A stretch of 64,000 nt of DNA, taken from contig CAZZBZ010000006.1 of the NCBI GenBank assembly GCA_964653025.1, positions 6,292 to 70,291 of the forward strand. Reading direction: 5' to 3'. This DNA is from an uncultured Verrucomicrobiota bacterium (lineage in GTDB: Bacteria > Verrucomicrobiota > Verrucomicrobiia > JABWAM01). The translations under genes and the position numbers were made by a program. The notes beneath the pieces were generated by a model that did not search any database, was not told where the DNA came from, and worked only from the letters and a program-made list of their open reading frames with translations. Each line of letters starts with the position of its first letter. The stretch's first letter is position 1. Below, one piece after another: positions 8,497-18,601 of the stretch.

Positions 8497-9774
8497 TCAC
8501 AGCCGTGATCCCAGTCCGGTCCCGTGAGTGGTGTTCAGGCGGTGCACGCCGTTCGTTGGCTGGAATAAGCCCCGGAGACGCGGAAGCCAGGCTTCGTTGG
8601 CCTTTGGGGTGTACTGTGGGGAGTTGAGTTCGACGCAGTTGAGCATGGGAATGTGGGCCGCGAAGAGAAAAGCGTGGATGGCCGAATACCCCGGGTTGGT
8701 GAGGTCCTGAAGCGACAGCGTCATCCCGTGCTTGCGCGCCCACGCGGCCGCCACGAGGGCGAAGCTGTGCCCTTTGCAGGTTTTCAAGGCCAATCCACTC
8801 CATCCCTGTGTCCTCGCCAGCGGCAGCAGTTCGAGGTCCGTGAGGCCCTCGTCGAGGAGGACGGGTTTGAGGGAGGTGACGGCCCGCCAGTCGTGGGCAT
8901 GAACCTTGATGTCACGTCCTGTCGGTTGCTCCAGATAGATGAGGGCTTCGAAGGCGCCGTCGTCGATCGCGCGGAGGTGCTGAAGGTAATCAAGGACCGA
9001 AGCGGCGTCCGGATTGGCCTCGTTGCTGTCCGCGCTCAGGACGGGGCCCCGGATTCCCCAACTCCGTGCGGCGCGGTAGACCTCCACGGTGCGGGTCGCG
9101 TCCGCAAGAGGGTCCTTCCCGAGGATTTTAAGTTTGAAGGCTTCATAGCCGCCCCTCTTGACGCGGCCGGCCACCTCTGTCTCAAGATTGTCCCTTGCGC
9201 TCACGATCCACCATGCCTTCAGATGCTGCGATGGGTAGGGAGCCAGCACTCGTCGGATTGCCGCGCAAGCGGTTTCGCCTCCAAAATGGATGTCCGCCAA
9301 GGGGATGGGTGCTTCTTCGTCGTAGAATCGGAAGGCCGACCTGTTGAGGGCGATTCCTGCCGCGTCATGGATGGCGGCGTCGAAGGGACTCGCGCACATC
9401 GCTCGCGCCAGCGACGGAGGCCCCGCCTCTTGGCAGGCGGCGTGGTGAAGTCGCAGCCCGTGCTCCAGAGGGTGGGCCGGGGTGCCGCACCAGGACGGTA
9501 ACCTTTCCGATATCCCGATGCAGATCTTCCGCAGAACCGCGTCCCGCTGGTCGTGGCCTAACGCGGGGTCGGGCCATGCCCACAGGTCACTCAGGTAGAT
9601 GGAACCCCGCCCTGTAGCCTGAAGCCCGTTGGCGTCGACCGTGACGACGGCTCGCGCCTCGGTGATGTGGCTGATCAGCCCGCTGGAAAGTTGGAGCGGC
9701 TTTTCGAACGCCCGGGGCAGGAACTCGACACGGGCCTCCAAGACCCTGGTTTGCTGAATCGGTCGGGTGGACAT
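8497..9774 (-). CDS. Enolase-superfamily enzyme (mandelate racemase / muconate lactonizing enzyme family)
   Basis: The ORF is 425 aa. It has a capping domain followed by a TIM-barrel organisation. The catalytic Lys region KLKIL is present, as is a spaced acidic metal-ligand pattern. Confidence 0.7.
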   Translation of the reverse strand: MSTRPIQQTRVLEARVEFLPRAFEKPLQLSSGLISHITEARAVVTVDANGLQATGRGSIYLSDLWAWPDPALGHDQRDAVLRKICIGISERLPSWCGTPAHPLEHGLRLHHAACQEAGPPSLARAMCASPFDAAIHDAAGIALNRSAFRFYDEEAPIPLADIHFGGETACAAIRRVLAPYPSQHLKAWWIVSARDNLETEVAGRVKRGGYEAFKLKILGKDPLADATRTVEVYRAARSWGIRGPVLSADSNEANPDAASVLDYLQHLRAIDDGAFEALIYLEQPTGRDIKVHAHDWRAVTSLKPVLLDEGLTDLELLPLARTQGWSGLALKTCKGHSFALVAAAWARKHGMTLSLQDLTNPGYSAIHAFLFAAHIPMLNCVELNSPQYTPKANEAWLPRLRGLFQPTNGVHRLNTTHGTGLGSRL

Positions 9775-9794
9775 AATGGATATCGGTCACCGGC

Positions 9795-10229
9795 TCAGAC
9801 CTCCGCGATGTCCACCATGCGCTTCTCGAGCGCCGATTTCACCCCGGCCAAGCAGATGCGCGTGGCCCGCAAGGCGCTTTCGACCGGGCTGACCGGCTCC
9901 TTGCGAAGGCCCCGGATCTCCTCGACGAACGCGCCCAGCATCCGGGCGTACCCCTTGTCCGGTTCCGCGGTGAAGAGCTTCCAGATGTCCCCGCTGCGTT
10001 CCGCTTCCCGACATGCCTCGCGCTTCTTGGCGAGCCAGACGGAGAGCCCTCCCTTGCTTCCGACGTTCGGGTGACGATCCTTGAGCATGGGGTAGATCTT
10101 GCGCGCAGGGGCGTCCGCGATCCCTGTGGTTCGCACCTCGATCTCCGTCCAGCGCTGGCGTTTCCATGCCTTGATGGCCTCTTCGCGCCACGCGCACGGC
10201 GGGTCCGCAGCGCCTCTTTGTGGGCCCAC
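9795..10229 (-). CDS. Hypothetical protein (low confidence)
   Basis: The ORF is 144 aa with more protein-like composition (K/E/W) than the overlapping Arg/Gly-rich frame. It is tandem with, and immediately upstream of, the enolase-family gene. I recognise no domain. Confidence 0.35.
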   Translation of the reverse strand: MGPQRGAADPPCAWREEAIKAWKRQRWTEIEVRTTGIADAPARKIYPMLKDRHPNVGSKGGLSVWLAKKREACREAERSGDIWKLFTAEPDKGYARMLGAFVEEIRGLRKEPVSPVESALRATRICLAGVKSALEKRMVDIAEV

Positions 10230-10264
10230 TTGCGGCGATCGCTGAATGCACCGGTCGCGCGCGG

Positions 10265-12118
10265 TCAGGCGAGCGGTGTCTTGCGTGCGAAGAAGGCGCC
10301 TCCGGCTGCGAGCACCAGCAGGATGGCCATCGTGGAGGGCTCCGGAATGGTGACGTAGAACCCACCATCCTCGAAGGACCAGGAAAGCGACGACCCGTTA
10401 ATGAAGCTCACGTCGGTATCGGTCGGGTTGCCGAGGGCCGCGTTCCATGAAACCAAGAGGAGGTTGCTGGCGACCATGGGGCGGGTGAAGTTGGCGAGGT
10501 CCACCTGGATTGATCCTCCATGGGTGAACGAACCCGTGATGACCAGGAAGTCGTAGTTGCCTCCCGCGGTGAGAACGAGGTTCGAAACGTCGCCGATCTC
10601 AAGCTGGATCACGAGGTTGCTGTTGTTCCAGTTTCCGAAGTTGGTAATCACCCCCGGACTATTGCCGACATTTACGATCCCACCGGCCGCCCCTGCGACG
10701 TTCCCCGCGATGGAACCCGTGCCACGCACGGTCGCGTTGCTGCCGATTCCAAGGCCACCCTGGAAGGTGTGGGTTCCCCCGGAAAGGTCGAAAACCACCG
10801 GTGTGCCCCCGCCACCGAGGCTGAGGATCGCCCCGTTATTGATGAGCGTGGACTTTGAACGAAGAAGCCCGCCGCTGAACTGGAACACGGACGCCACGCC
10901 ATTGGTCGCGAGGAGGCGGTCAACCGCGCCCGTCCCTCCTGCCATAAGGAACGTCCCGTTCTGCACATCGAACACACCCGTCCCGGTGGAGTTGGATACG
11001 GCGAGGAATCCACCGCTATTGGTGAACGCACCGGCGCGAATGGAAACGCGGTTGGCCCACAGGTCGCCACCAGCCTTGGTCACCACGCCCATTCCCGCGG
11101 ACGCCTTGCCGAGGAACACCTCAGCGCTGCCCGCCCCGTTCGTCACCCGCAGGACGCCGGCATCGCTCATCAGGAGTTCACCCACCGCTTGACCGCCGTC
11201 CCCCAAGTAAACGTTGGAGCCGACAAGTAGGCTGCCGCCACTCAGGTTCACCCTCGCATGGTTGCTGGCCCCAATGGTGGTGTCCGATTTTTGGACGAAT
11301 GAACCGCCGGAGATATTGAGTTCGGCCCACGAGGTGGGGTTGGTGGTGAGGTTGAGGATAAGCGGGCTGGCGTTGGTCACCGTTCCCCCGGTCACCTCCA
11401 TGCGCGCATCGGCGTGAGCGTTGTTAAGACCGTAGCCCAACGTGATCGAGCTGCCGTTATTGACCAGGGCGCCTCCGACCACGCGGACGGTTCCTGTCCC
11501 CGAGTACCCCACGACGATTGCCTTTTGGCTCAAGAGGAGCCCATTGCTCACCGTCATGAGCGCGTTGTCACCGGCAAACCCCCCGACATACATGTTCCTC
11601 GAACCGTTGTATGTGAAGGAACCTCCATCCACCAAGAGAGTGCCGTTCCCGTTGATGGACGGATTGCTGGCGAAGTAAACCGTGCCGCCGAGGACGTTGA
11701 ATTGCGCGCCCCTGATGGTGATGGTTTTGCTCGGCCCGCCCTGCAGGTTGCTATAGGTTCCTCCCGCATGAACGTTCACGATGCTGCCTGTGTCGAACAA
11801 CTGCGCACCCGACACCTGGAAGCCGTTTGTGCGGATGTTGAGCGTCGTGGACCCCCCCGTCGCGATATTCTTGATGGACAGGTTCGTCAGGGAGACACCG
11901 GGCTGTAAGAACTCCACCTTGTAGTGGGAGGCGACGGCACTCGTCAGGAGCGCGTTCGTTGCAGAAATGCCCCCTACGCCATTGTCCCAGTTGGCGACGG
12001 CATCCCATGCGTTGTTCGCATTGGAGTAGTTCGTCCACGTGGTGGTTTGGCCCAGCAGGCAAGGACTGCCCAATGCCAACGCAAGGAGGATCGCAAGATG
12101 GATATGGCGGGTTTTCAT
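10265..12118 (-). CDS. PEP-CTERM protein with autotransporter-associated beta-strand repeats (exosortase substrate)
   Basis: The signal peptide is MKTRHIHLAILLALALGSPCLLGQ. ATG 12118 is chosen over the ORF-track start at 12220. The body has long Gly/Thr/Asn-rich beta-helix-like repeats. The C-terminus is the canonical VTIPEPSTMAILLVLAAGGAFFARK. Confidence 0.8.
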   Translation of the reverse strand: MKTRHIHLAILLALALGSPCLLGQTTTWTNYSNANNAWDAVANWDNGVGGISATNALLTSAVASHYKVEFLQPGVSLTNLSIKNIATGGSTTLNIRTNGFQVSGAQLFDTGSIVNVHAGGTYSNLQGGPSKTITIRGAQFNVLGGTVYFASNPSINGNGTLLVDGGSFTYNGSRNMYVGGFAGDNALMTVSNGLLLSQKAIVVGYSGTGTVRVVGGALVNNGSSITLGYGLNNAHADARMEVTGGTVTNASPLILNLTTNPTSWAELNISGGSFVQKSDTTIGASNHARVNLSGGSLLVGSNVYLGDGGQAVGELLMSDAGVLRVTNGAGSAEVFLGKASAGMGVVTKAGGDLWANRVSIRAGAFTNSGGFLAVSNSTGTGVFDVQNGTFLMAGGTGAVDRLLATNGVASVFQFSGGLLRSKSTLINNGAILSLGGGGTPVVFDLSGGTHTFQGGLGIGSNATVRGTGSIAGNVAGAAGGIVNVGNSPGVITNFGNWNNSNLVIQLEIGDVSNLVLTAGGNYDFLVITGSFTHGGSIQVDLANFTRPMVASNLLLVSWNAALGNPTDTDVSFINGSSLSWSFEDGGFYVTIPEPSTMAILLVLAAGGAFFARKTPLA

Positions 12119-12165
12119 AGAGGTTGAAGGGCCGGGGAAACGCGTGTCTGTCGTTCTTAGGATTC

Positions 12166-13185
12166 TTAGGAAGAAGCAAGGGGAATCGAGTCCGGGGCGG
12201 ACGGCACCTGCGCGGAACACAACGGCGAGGACCCGGGTATTTTAGTGTCGGTTTGCGAAGGAATCAAGCGGTATTTGGCTTTTCGATAGTCGCTGGCGAA
12301 ACCAGCCCCATCGTACGAGCAAGAGGGCATCGTCGACAGTTCCGCGATTCGGACTTCGCGATTCCCCTCATTCCACGATACCTGTGCCGCGAGGGCAGCG
12401 AGTTCGGGTTCGACCAGCACATCCCACGGGACGGGGGCCAGGGCGGCCTTTCCCGACAGGAAGGGGAGGGTCGCCTCGAGCAGGGCGTGATAGATGCGCG
12501 CGTTGTTTACGGATAGCTGATGGACGCCCTTCTCGGTGATGATGGTGCTGTAAAAAGGCAGGCTCGCCACCTGCTTTCCGATCACAACCATTCCGATGCG
12601 GCCGTCAGACCAATTCAGTTGAACGTGCCTCTGAACGCTGGTCCCGAGGTGTCGCACGCTGACGATACCAGACCCCAGGATCCCGCAGAGATGGGAGTAG
12701 GCGTGGATCCCATAGTTGAAGTCATCCACTCCGCAGCCGCAGATGACGGTGTGAGGGGTGCCACGCTCAAGCACGGGTTGCTCAAGGAAACGGAGGGTCT
12801 CGTCAGCGAACCTGAGGCAGGAGCCCCCGGTGATGCGCATTCCGCGATCGGCCCAAGACTTGAACTCGAGGAGGTCTTTCAGGTTTCCCGCAATCGGCTT
12901 GTCGACGAGGATCGCCCTGCCGGCTTCCACAAAGGGGCGAGCACGTTCCACGTGGGCATCCCAGTTGGAGGAGTGAATGATGGCACAATCCACTTTCGCG
13001 GCCATGGCGGCCAGCGAGGGAAAGACCACGGGAATGGATAACTTCGCCACGAAATCGCGGACATACTCTGGGGGGTGCACATCCCCGGCGTCCCAGACGC
13101 CGGTCACCTCGTGCCCCATCTCCCGCAGGATCGGGATCCACTTGACGGGATGACTGGTGTCCAAGTCGACAATTCCGATTTTCAT
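12166..13185 (-). CDS. Gfo/Idh/MocA-family NAD(P)-dependent oxidoreductase
   Basis: The N-terminal Rossmann region is MKIGIVDLDTSH...GHEV. There is a Gfo/Idh/MocA-like central region. Confidence 0.7.
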   Translation of the reverse strand: MKIGIVDLDTSHPVKWIPILREMGHEVTGVWDAGDVHPPEYVRDFVAKLSIPVVFPSLAAMAAKVDCAIIHSSNWDAHVERARPFVEAGRAILVDKPIAGNLKDLLEFKSWADRGMRITGGSCLRFADETLRFLEQPVLERGTPHTVICGCGVDDFNYGIHAYSHLCGILGSGIVSVRHLGTSVQRHVQLNWSDGRIGMVVIGKQVASLPFYSTIITEKGVHQLSVNNARIYHALLEATLPFLSGKAALAPVPWDVLVEPELAALAAQVSWNEGNREVRIAELSTMPSCSYDGAGFASDYRKAKYRLIPSQTDTKIPGSSPLCSAQVPSAPDSIPLASS

Positions 13186-13213
13186 AAAGAAGTCACAGCT
13201 CTGGGATCTGGGC

Positions 13214-14266
13214 TCACGCCATGCGCTCGAACATCTCGCGGGTCACTTCGCCGGAAATGGGGCGCCCCTCGACAAAGGCAAGAATCTGATCCACCGCCAT
13301 GCGGCCCTGACGGAGACAACCGTTCGAGACCGCCCCGGCGAGATGCGGAGTCAGAACCACGTTGGGAAGACGACGGAAGGGATGGTCGGCCGCCGGGGGT
13401 TCCGGGTCCGTGACATCGATGAACGCGGAGATGCGCCCGGTTTCGAGTTCGGCAAGGAGGGCCTGCTCATCCACAACCATCCCACGGGCGGTATTAATGA
13501 AGATGGCTCCATCTTTCATCGCGCGGAAATGCTGCGCCTTGAGAAGCTGCTTGGTTGCGGGGAGGGCGGGCGCGTGCAGGGAGACCACGTGGCTCTGGCA
13601 GACAAGGTCGTCAAGCGTGGCGAGGGTGCACCCGAGATCGCGGGCCGTCTCGGGTTTCATGTAGGGATCGTAAAGCAGGATGCGGACCTCGAAGTTGCGC
13701 AGCAGGCGAATCAGGTGCAGTCCGGCCCGGCTGGCGGAGATCACGCCGACGGTGACGCGGTAGAGTTCCCGGACCGCCATGCGGCCTGTCCCCAACGTCG
13801 GATCGCTCCACTTGCCGAGGCGCGTCCAGTCGCGGGACGGGAAAAACCCCTTCAACCCGGCGATGGCCATCCCGAGGGCGGTTTCGGCAACCCCCACGGC
13901 GATGGCGTCGTTGGTGGTTGCGATGCGGAGCCCGCGCGTCCAGATATCCGGGGGGACCAGGCGTTTGATGCTGCCGGCCGCGTGGACGAGAAGCCCGAGG
14001 TTGGGCAAGGAATCGAGGAACTTCGCCGCGAGTGGCGGGGTGCCCCAGCCGGTCACAAGGATCCCGATGCGGTCGGCGAACTCCGCCTCGATGGTCGGCG
14101 TAGCCCCGGTCCCTTCGCCGAGAATGACCGGGAGGCGCGCCTGAAGCGCCGCCATATCTTCCGGATCGAAGCAGCGCCTGCGGTTAGTCTCCGGCAGGTG
14201 GAGATAGGCGCGTTGGAGGGAAGGGGGAAGGGGAGGCATCGGGGTCAGGTGGGGGGAGGTCTCCAC
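13214..14266 (-). CDS. D-isomer-specific 2-hydroxyacid dehydrogenase family protein
   Basis: The NAD-binding domain has G-x-G-x-x-G-like GTGRMA. The catalytic region is typical, with RG...D/E...H, and the sequence LTPHLAG is present. Confidence 0.8.
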   Translation of the reverse strand: METSPHLTPMPPLPPSLQRAYLHLPETNRRRCFDPEDMAALQARLPVILGEGTGATPTIEAEFADRIGILVTGWGTPPLAAKFLDSLPNLGLLVHAAGSIKRLVPPDIWTRGLRIATTNDAIAVGVAETALGMAIAGLKGFFPSRDWTRLGKWSDPTLGTGRMAVRELYRVTVGVISASRAGLHLIRLLRNFEVRILLYDPYMKPETARDLGCTLATLDDLVCQSHVVSLHAPALPATKQLLKAQHFRAMKDGAIFINTARGMVVDEQALLAELETGRISAFIDVTDPEPPAADHPFRRLPNVVLTPHLAGAVSNGCLRQGRMAVDQILAFVEGRPISGEVTREMFERMA

Positions 14267-16815
14267 CGCATGAGGTTGATGCCGACGGAAAAATAGACGT
14301 TGCCGTCGCGGTCACACACGACTCCCGCCCCGATCTCCTGGCCGTCGATAAGTTGGGCGACCATCGTGCAGTTTTCGGGATGATTCGCAGGAGCACGGAA
14401 AATGGCCTGGCCGAGGGAACCGTAAATCGAACGGCTTCGGGCATCCCAGGCGAGCGTGGCTCTCCACGGCACGGAGGTGGAGGTGCGAAGAGATCTCCGG
14501 AAGCTCACGGAGAACGTGTTGGGGTCAACCCCGAACCATTCGCCTTCCCGGGTCAGCCCGCAGATCGGCCCGTCCGGTACAACGAGTAACGCGGCGATGG
14601 AAATGGCTCCAGGGACCTGGACCGTGCGAAGGACCTGATGCTTGTCGAGATCCCATTCAGCCAGCGTGGCGGTTTCAGCGACGGTCGCGCTTCCAGACCC
14701 CCCGTGGACCGAACTCCCCAGGTAGAGGCGCCGCCGTCCGTCATCCACGGCGAGAGCGGCGATGCTTTGGCGCGGGATGACGGAGCGCCAAACAGTGAAG
14801 GTTTCCTCCCCCTTGCGCAGGCACGCGAGCGCCCCGTTGTGCAGCCCGTAGCCGGGAGCGGTGCCCACATAGACGTTTCCAGACCGGTCGGAGACCATCG
14901 CCCAGGGACGATCCTGTTCCTGGCCAATTCGGCCAATGGTGCGGACCCCTTGACTGGGTTCGGAGGGATTAAAGGTATGGACGGTGGCATGCGTGTAGGT
15001 TCCCAGATAGAGCCTGCCATTGGCGGCGCACATGGAATCCACCTGCCCCGCCTTGAAAGACGTGATTTCGCGAAGATCATGGATTTGCCTTGTGGCCGGA
15101 TCGAAGGCCATCAAGACCGACGGCTTCGTCGAGGCATAGATCCGCCCATCCGGCCCCAGGGCGATGGAGTAGATGGATTTTACCCCACCCCCATAGGGAA
15201 GCGGAATCGAGACATGCTCGCCTCCTTCGCTCCATTTCCTTAAGAGGACCTTGGTGGCGCTCGCCTCGACAATTTGCCAGCCATTCTCGAGTCGAGGCTG
15301 GGCGGGAAAGGACGGGGGCATGCAACCCATTGCCTGTCGCACCCCATTGGCGACCTGTTCCACCTTGCCTCCCGGGGAGATTTTGAGGCAACGTCCTTCG
15401 CTGGCGGGGGTTGCGATCCCCGGGTAAGCGTACACAAGCCCATCCTCGCCCATGTAGACCCGGGGGACATGGTTGGTGACCCAGTCCTTGGGCCACACGT
15501 CCCTTTTCGCCCCGGAAACCGGGTTGTATTCGAAGAGGGCCTGCGAGCGCATGCCCACCGCGGCGTAGACAAGTCCATCGCGCCCGACGGCCCCGAAGCA
15601 GGCATGGGTCTGGTCGGGACTCAGCGCGCCGAGGTTGGTGATTTTCCGCGTCTTTGGATCAAGAGAAAACAGGAGGTTGCCCGGGTTGGTCCCCCCGTAG
15701 ATGGTGCCGTCGGGCGCCGTCTTGAGCCAGTAGACCATGGTCTCGTTTTCAATGCCGCCCAACTGCTCGACGCGGTTCTCCTTCGGATCGAAGCAGAAGA
15801 GAAAGGCACCGGGAGCCTGGGAGGTCCCGAGATAAACCCTGCCATCCTTCCCGGTCGTGATACCGTAAGGCATGCCGCTGAGTTCGTGCTTGGTCACCTC
15901 ACGCGTCGCCAGGTCGACCACCAGGATGAAACGATCACGTCGGAAAGCCATCACGAGCAGTTGGCCTGCGCCCCTCGGGTTCGGGCAAAGGGTCCAATCG
16001 TGGAGCGAGGCCGGGCTTTCGCCCGCCGGGCCCAATACCTCGATGCGGTCGTTCAGCAGCGCTTGCGGTACGCCCAAGGGGAGCTTCGGCAAGGAAGCCG
16101 CGGGGGGGCGCCCCGTCGTGGTGGCGGTCGCGCTTTTCTGCTTGCTGAGATCACCGAACCAGGGGGGCTCATGGGTGTCGGCGCCCTGGCCAACATCGAG
16201 TTCCTCCTGGCTCATGAGGCGGACACTCCCATCGCAGAAAAGGACGTGGGCCTTCTTCCCATCGAAACCAAACTGCATCCCTCCGTTTGGGTAAGCCTGG
16301 TACCAGCCCAAGCCCGGCTGTTTGATCGCTTCACTTTCGACAAGCAGGAGTGTTGCCCCGGCGTTGGGGACCTCCCGTACCAGCCGTCGACGGGGGCCAA
16401 TCTCTCCGCCCTTGGCATCGGCTCCAAGCGCATAGGTGTTGTAGCCGTAGCTCACGAGGCTGGCCTTGCCTCCTCGACGGAAGCTCATCGGCACGGACGG
16501 AGAGAAGAAGGGGCCATCGATCCTGACATGTCCCGGCGGAGAGGGATCATGGAGAGCCTTCTTCAGCAGTTCGGGCCACAGCAGCACCCGACCGCCATCG
16601 CCCTTGAGGGACAGCGGGGGAAACTCGCCGCCGTGATCCTTGCGCCATACCTGGAAGGCCTCGTAGAGCTCAAGTAGGTTCTTCTTCACCTGGGGGTCGG
16701 GCTCCTCGGCCCGTGTGGACGGGGGGGGGGTGATACCCCCAAGCAGAACAGCCAACAAGATCCCTCCTTTGATCAGCGCTCTGCACAGGCTTACGGGTGT
16801 TGAGCGGGTGTTCAT
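14245..16815 (-). CDS. Secreted fusion protein. It has an H-X9-DG (DUF1559 C-terminal-like) region and a large SBBP-type beta-propeller.
   Basis: The signal peptide is MNTRSTPVSLCRALIKGGILLAVLLG (ATG 16815). Residues about 150-250 resemble the C-terminal half of the neighbouring DUF1559 protein: VSYGYNTYALG...AHVLFCDGSVRLMS. They lack the prepilin N-terminus. After that come at least 9 repeats of the form DG.VY.GT....L..FDP. An example is DRSGNVYVGTAPGYG, which is SBBP beta-propeller-like. A C10 tract sits 85 nt into the CDS. Confidence 0.7.
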   Translation of the reverse strand: MNTRSTPVSLCRALIKGGILLAVLLGGITPPPSTRAEEPDPQVKKNLLELYEAFQVWRKDHGGEFPPLSLKGDGGRVLLWPELLKKALHDPSPPGHVRIDGPFFSPSVPMSFRRGGKASLVSYGYNTYALGADAKGGEIGPRRRLVREVPNAGATLLLVESEAIKQPGLGWYQAYPNGGMQFGFDGKKAHVLFCDGSVRLMSQEELDVGQGADTHEPPWFGDLSKQKSATATTTGRPPAASLPKLPLGVPQALLNDRIEVLGPAGESPASLHDWTLCPNPRGAGQLLVMAFRRDRFILVVDLATREVTKHELSGMPYGITTGKDGRVYLGTSQAPGAFLFCFDPKENRVEQLGGIENETMVYWLKTAPDGTIYGGTNPGNLLFSLDPKTRKITNLGALSPDQTHACFGAVGRDGLVYAAVGMRSQALFEYNPVSGAKRDVWPKDWVTNHVPRVYMGEDGLVYAYPGIATPASEGRCLKISPGGKVEQVANGVRQAMGCMPPSFPAQPRLENGWQIVEASATKVLLRKWSEGGEHVSIPLPYGGGVKSIYSIALGPDGRIYASTKPSVLMAFDPATRQIHDLREITSFKAGQVDSMCAANGRLYLGTYTHATVHTFNPSEPSQGVRTIGRIGQEQDRPWAMVSDRSGNVYVGTAPGYGLHNGALACLRKGEETFTVWRSVIPRQSIAALAVDDGRRRLYLGSSVHGGSGSATVAETATLAEWDLDKHQVLRTVQVPGAISIAALLVVPDGPICGLTREGEWFGVDPNTFSVSFRRSLRTSTSVPWRATLAWDARSRSIYGSLGQAIFRAPANHPENCTMVAQLIDGQEIGAGVVCDRDGNVYFSVGINLMRWRPPPT
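16721..16730. repeat. Homopolymeric G10 (C10 on the coding strand) inside the 5' end of CDS 14245..16815
   Basis: Ten consecutive G residues are in the window sequence. On the coding strand they encode TPPP directly after the signal peptide. This is a classic slipped-strand mispairing substrate. Confidence 0.9.
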
Positions 16816-16831
16816 GCGCAGATGCGGGTGA

Positions 16832-17542
16832 CTACTTGCAGTTGTTGCCGAACCATGGCGCGTTGTCCGTGTCGGGCGTGGCTCCAGTGACCAGTTGGTC
16901 TCTTGTCCGCGATTCCGCGTGGACGTCCGCAAAAAGCACATTTGCGCGTCCCTCGTGCCGCTCGAAGAAGAACGCGGGATGACAATATGAACCGTACCAC
17001 CCGACGTACGGTTGGGTGGTGGCCTCGATGTCCACGAGCATCAGCGTCTGCTCCGTTGGACTGCGCAGGTCCTTCCGCAGCTTCGTATTGCCGTCTGTCC
17101 AGGGGGTCATCCCGCCCCCAACCCCGTAGTGGCTCAGGCCATAGCTGACATAGGAGGCGGAGAGGTTCCGATCCTTTATGGGCACCGAAGGGCAATAAAA
17201 CACTCCCCGGGGATCGAGGTTGTAGCCGCTGGTGTTGTCCCCGACGTAGCGTTTCAGCAACACACCCCAGGCATAGTGTTCGGTAGCCGCCGTCGCAAGG
17301 TTCGGGGCAAAGCGAACCGGTGGAAAGTAGCCGTCGAAATCGTTGCGGTAGGCCATGATTGCCAGCCCGATCTGGCGGAGTTGGCCGGTGCAGGCGGTGC
17401 TTCGCGCCATGGCACGCGCGCGCCCCAGGGACGGCATCAGCAGGGCTGCGAGGATCGCAATGATTGCGATCACCACGAGAAGTTCGATCAGCGTGAAACC
17501 CCTTCCATCGCACCGACATGGCTCCGCCGGGGTGGTACCCAT
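16832..17542 (-). CDS. Prepilin-type N-terminal cleavage/methylation domain protein of the H-X9-DG (DUF1559) family
   Basis: The N-terminus is ...[28 protein letters not shown], a type IV pilin-like leader plus hydrophobic helix. The C-terminus is [15 protein letters not shown], an H-X9-D motif. This matches the TIGR04294-type family. Confidence 0.8.
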   Translation of the reverse strand: MGTTPAEPCRCDGRGFTLIELLVVIAIIAILAALLMPSLGRARAMARSTACTGQLRQIGLAIMAYRNDFDGYFPPVRFAPNLATAATEHYAWGVLLKRYVGDNTSGYNLDPRGVFYCPSVPIKDRNLSASYVSYGLSHYGVGGGMTPWTDGNTKLRKDLRSPTEQTLMLVDIEATTQPYVGWYGSYCHPAFFFERHEGRANVLFADVHAESRTRDQLVTGATPDTDNAPWFGNNCK

Positions 17543-17632
17543 ACATTTGCCACGTAGTAGACCACACGGGCGAGTCGGCGTCTTTACCCGCGGCTGACGT
17601 GCTTTTGACCAAATCTGCTCGACGCCTTTGCG

Positions 17633-18496
17633 TCAGCGACTTTTCCGTCCCCAGGTTAACGGACGAGGCATGCCGTCATCCATGGTGAGGTGGGTGCTCC
17701 GGTAAACTGCCGGGCTGGTGTGGAATACCTTTCGGAAGGCCCGCGTGAACGGATGGACGGAGCAATAGCCGCTGAGTTCTGCAATCCTCTTGATAGGAAC
17801 CGGTTGCGAGGCGGTGAGTGCCGTGGCCGCCGCGCGCATCAGTTGATCGAGCAGAAAGCGGCGAGGGGACATGCCAAGCACCAGGCGAAAACTCCTCGAA
17901 AAATGCGCCGTGGAGAGGTGGCATGCCCTCGCCATGGCGCCCACGGTCCAGCGCTCCTGGGGGCACATGATGATCTTCTCAAGGAGCGGAAACAGTTGTG
18001 CCCGGAAAGGACTGAGTTCCACGGGTTGCCTGGGGCTTTCTGGCGTCCGCTGGGGAATTTCGGCGAGTGCCAGGGTGATGGCCGCATCCACCTGCTGGTG
18101 GATTAATGATCCCCCTTTGAGAAACCTTGCCCCAACGAGATTCAGGATCGCCCGCAGGGCGGGGGAGGCGCGGAACCTCTGAAAGGAGTGTCGTACTAGG
18201 GCCCAGAACGGTGGGGCAAGGTGAAATTTGAAGGATGCGTGCCGATGGCATGACTTCGAGGTAAACGCATGTCGGAGCAGGGGAGGGATCAACCAACCAT
18301 CACCAGGACGGCCGTCGAAAGGCGGATGGCCTTCGATGAACACCGTGGTTCTTCCCTCGAGGAGGATGTCGAGTTGGAAGTAATGATGGAGGTGCTGCCG
18401 CATCTGGTAGCCCTCGGGAGGAATCGTCGCAAAGTCCACTCTCACGATTTCGGTGACCACAGGACCATGCATGGGATGAAGGAGAAGGGGGCACAA
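17633..18496 (-). CDS. AraC-family transcriptional regulator
   Basis: The C-terminal dual helix-turn-helix of the AraC family is present (..HLSTAHFSRSFRLVLGMSPRRF... IKRIAELSGYCSVHPFTRAFRKVFHTSPAVYR). The N-terminus is a cupin-like sensing domain. It is divergent from a Gfo/Idh/MocA gene. Confidence 0.8.
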   Translation of the reverse strand: MCPLLLHPMHGPVVTEIVRVDFATIPPEGYQMRQHLHHYFQLDILLEGRTTVFIEGHPPFDGRPGDGWLIPPLLRHAFTSKSCHRHASFKFHLAPPFWALVRHSFQRFRASPALRAILNLVGARFLKGGSLIHQQVDAAITLALAEIPQRTPESPRQPVELSPFRAQLFPLLEKIIMCPQERWTVGAMARACHLSTAHFSRSFRLVLGMSPRRFLLDQLMRAAATALTASQPVPIKRIAELSGYCSVHPFTRAFRKVFHTSPAVYRSTHLTMDDGMPRPLTWGRKSR

Positions 18497-18601
18497 CGTG
18501 TAGTTGCTCGCGGGGTCATGCTAGAGAATAAAGCAGATTTGGTCAAATCCGTGGTCGCCCGCGACAAAGACGAACCACGGGGATTCGTTCAAAGTAGCGG
18601 G

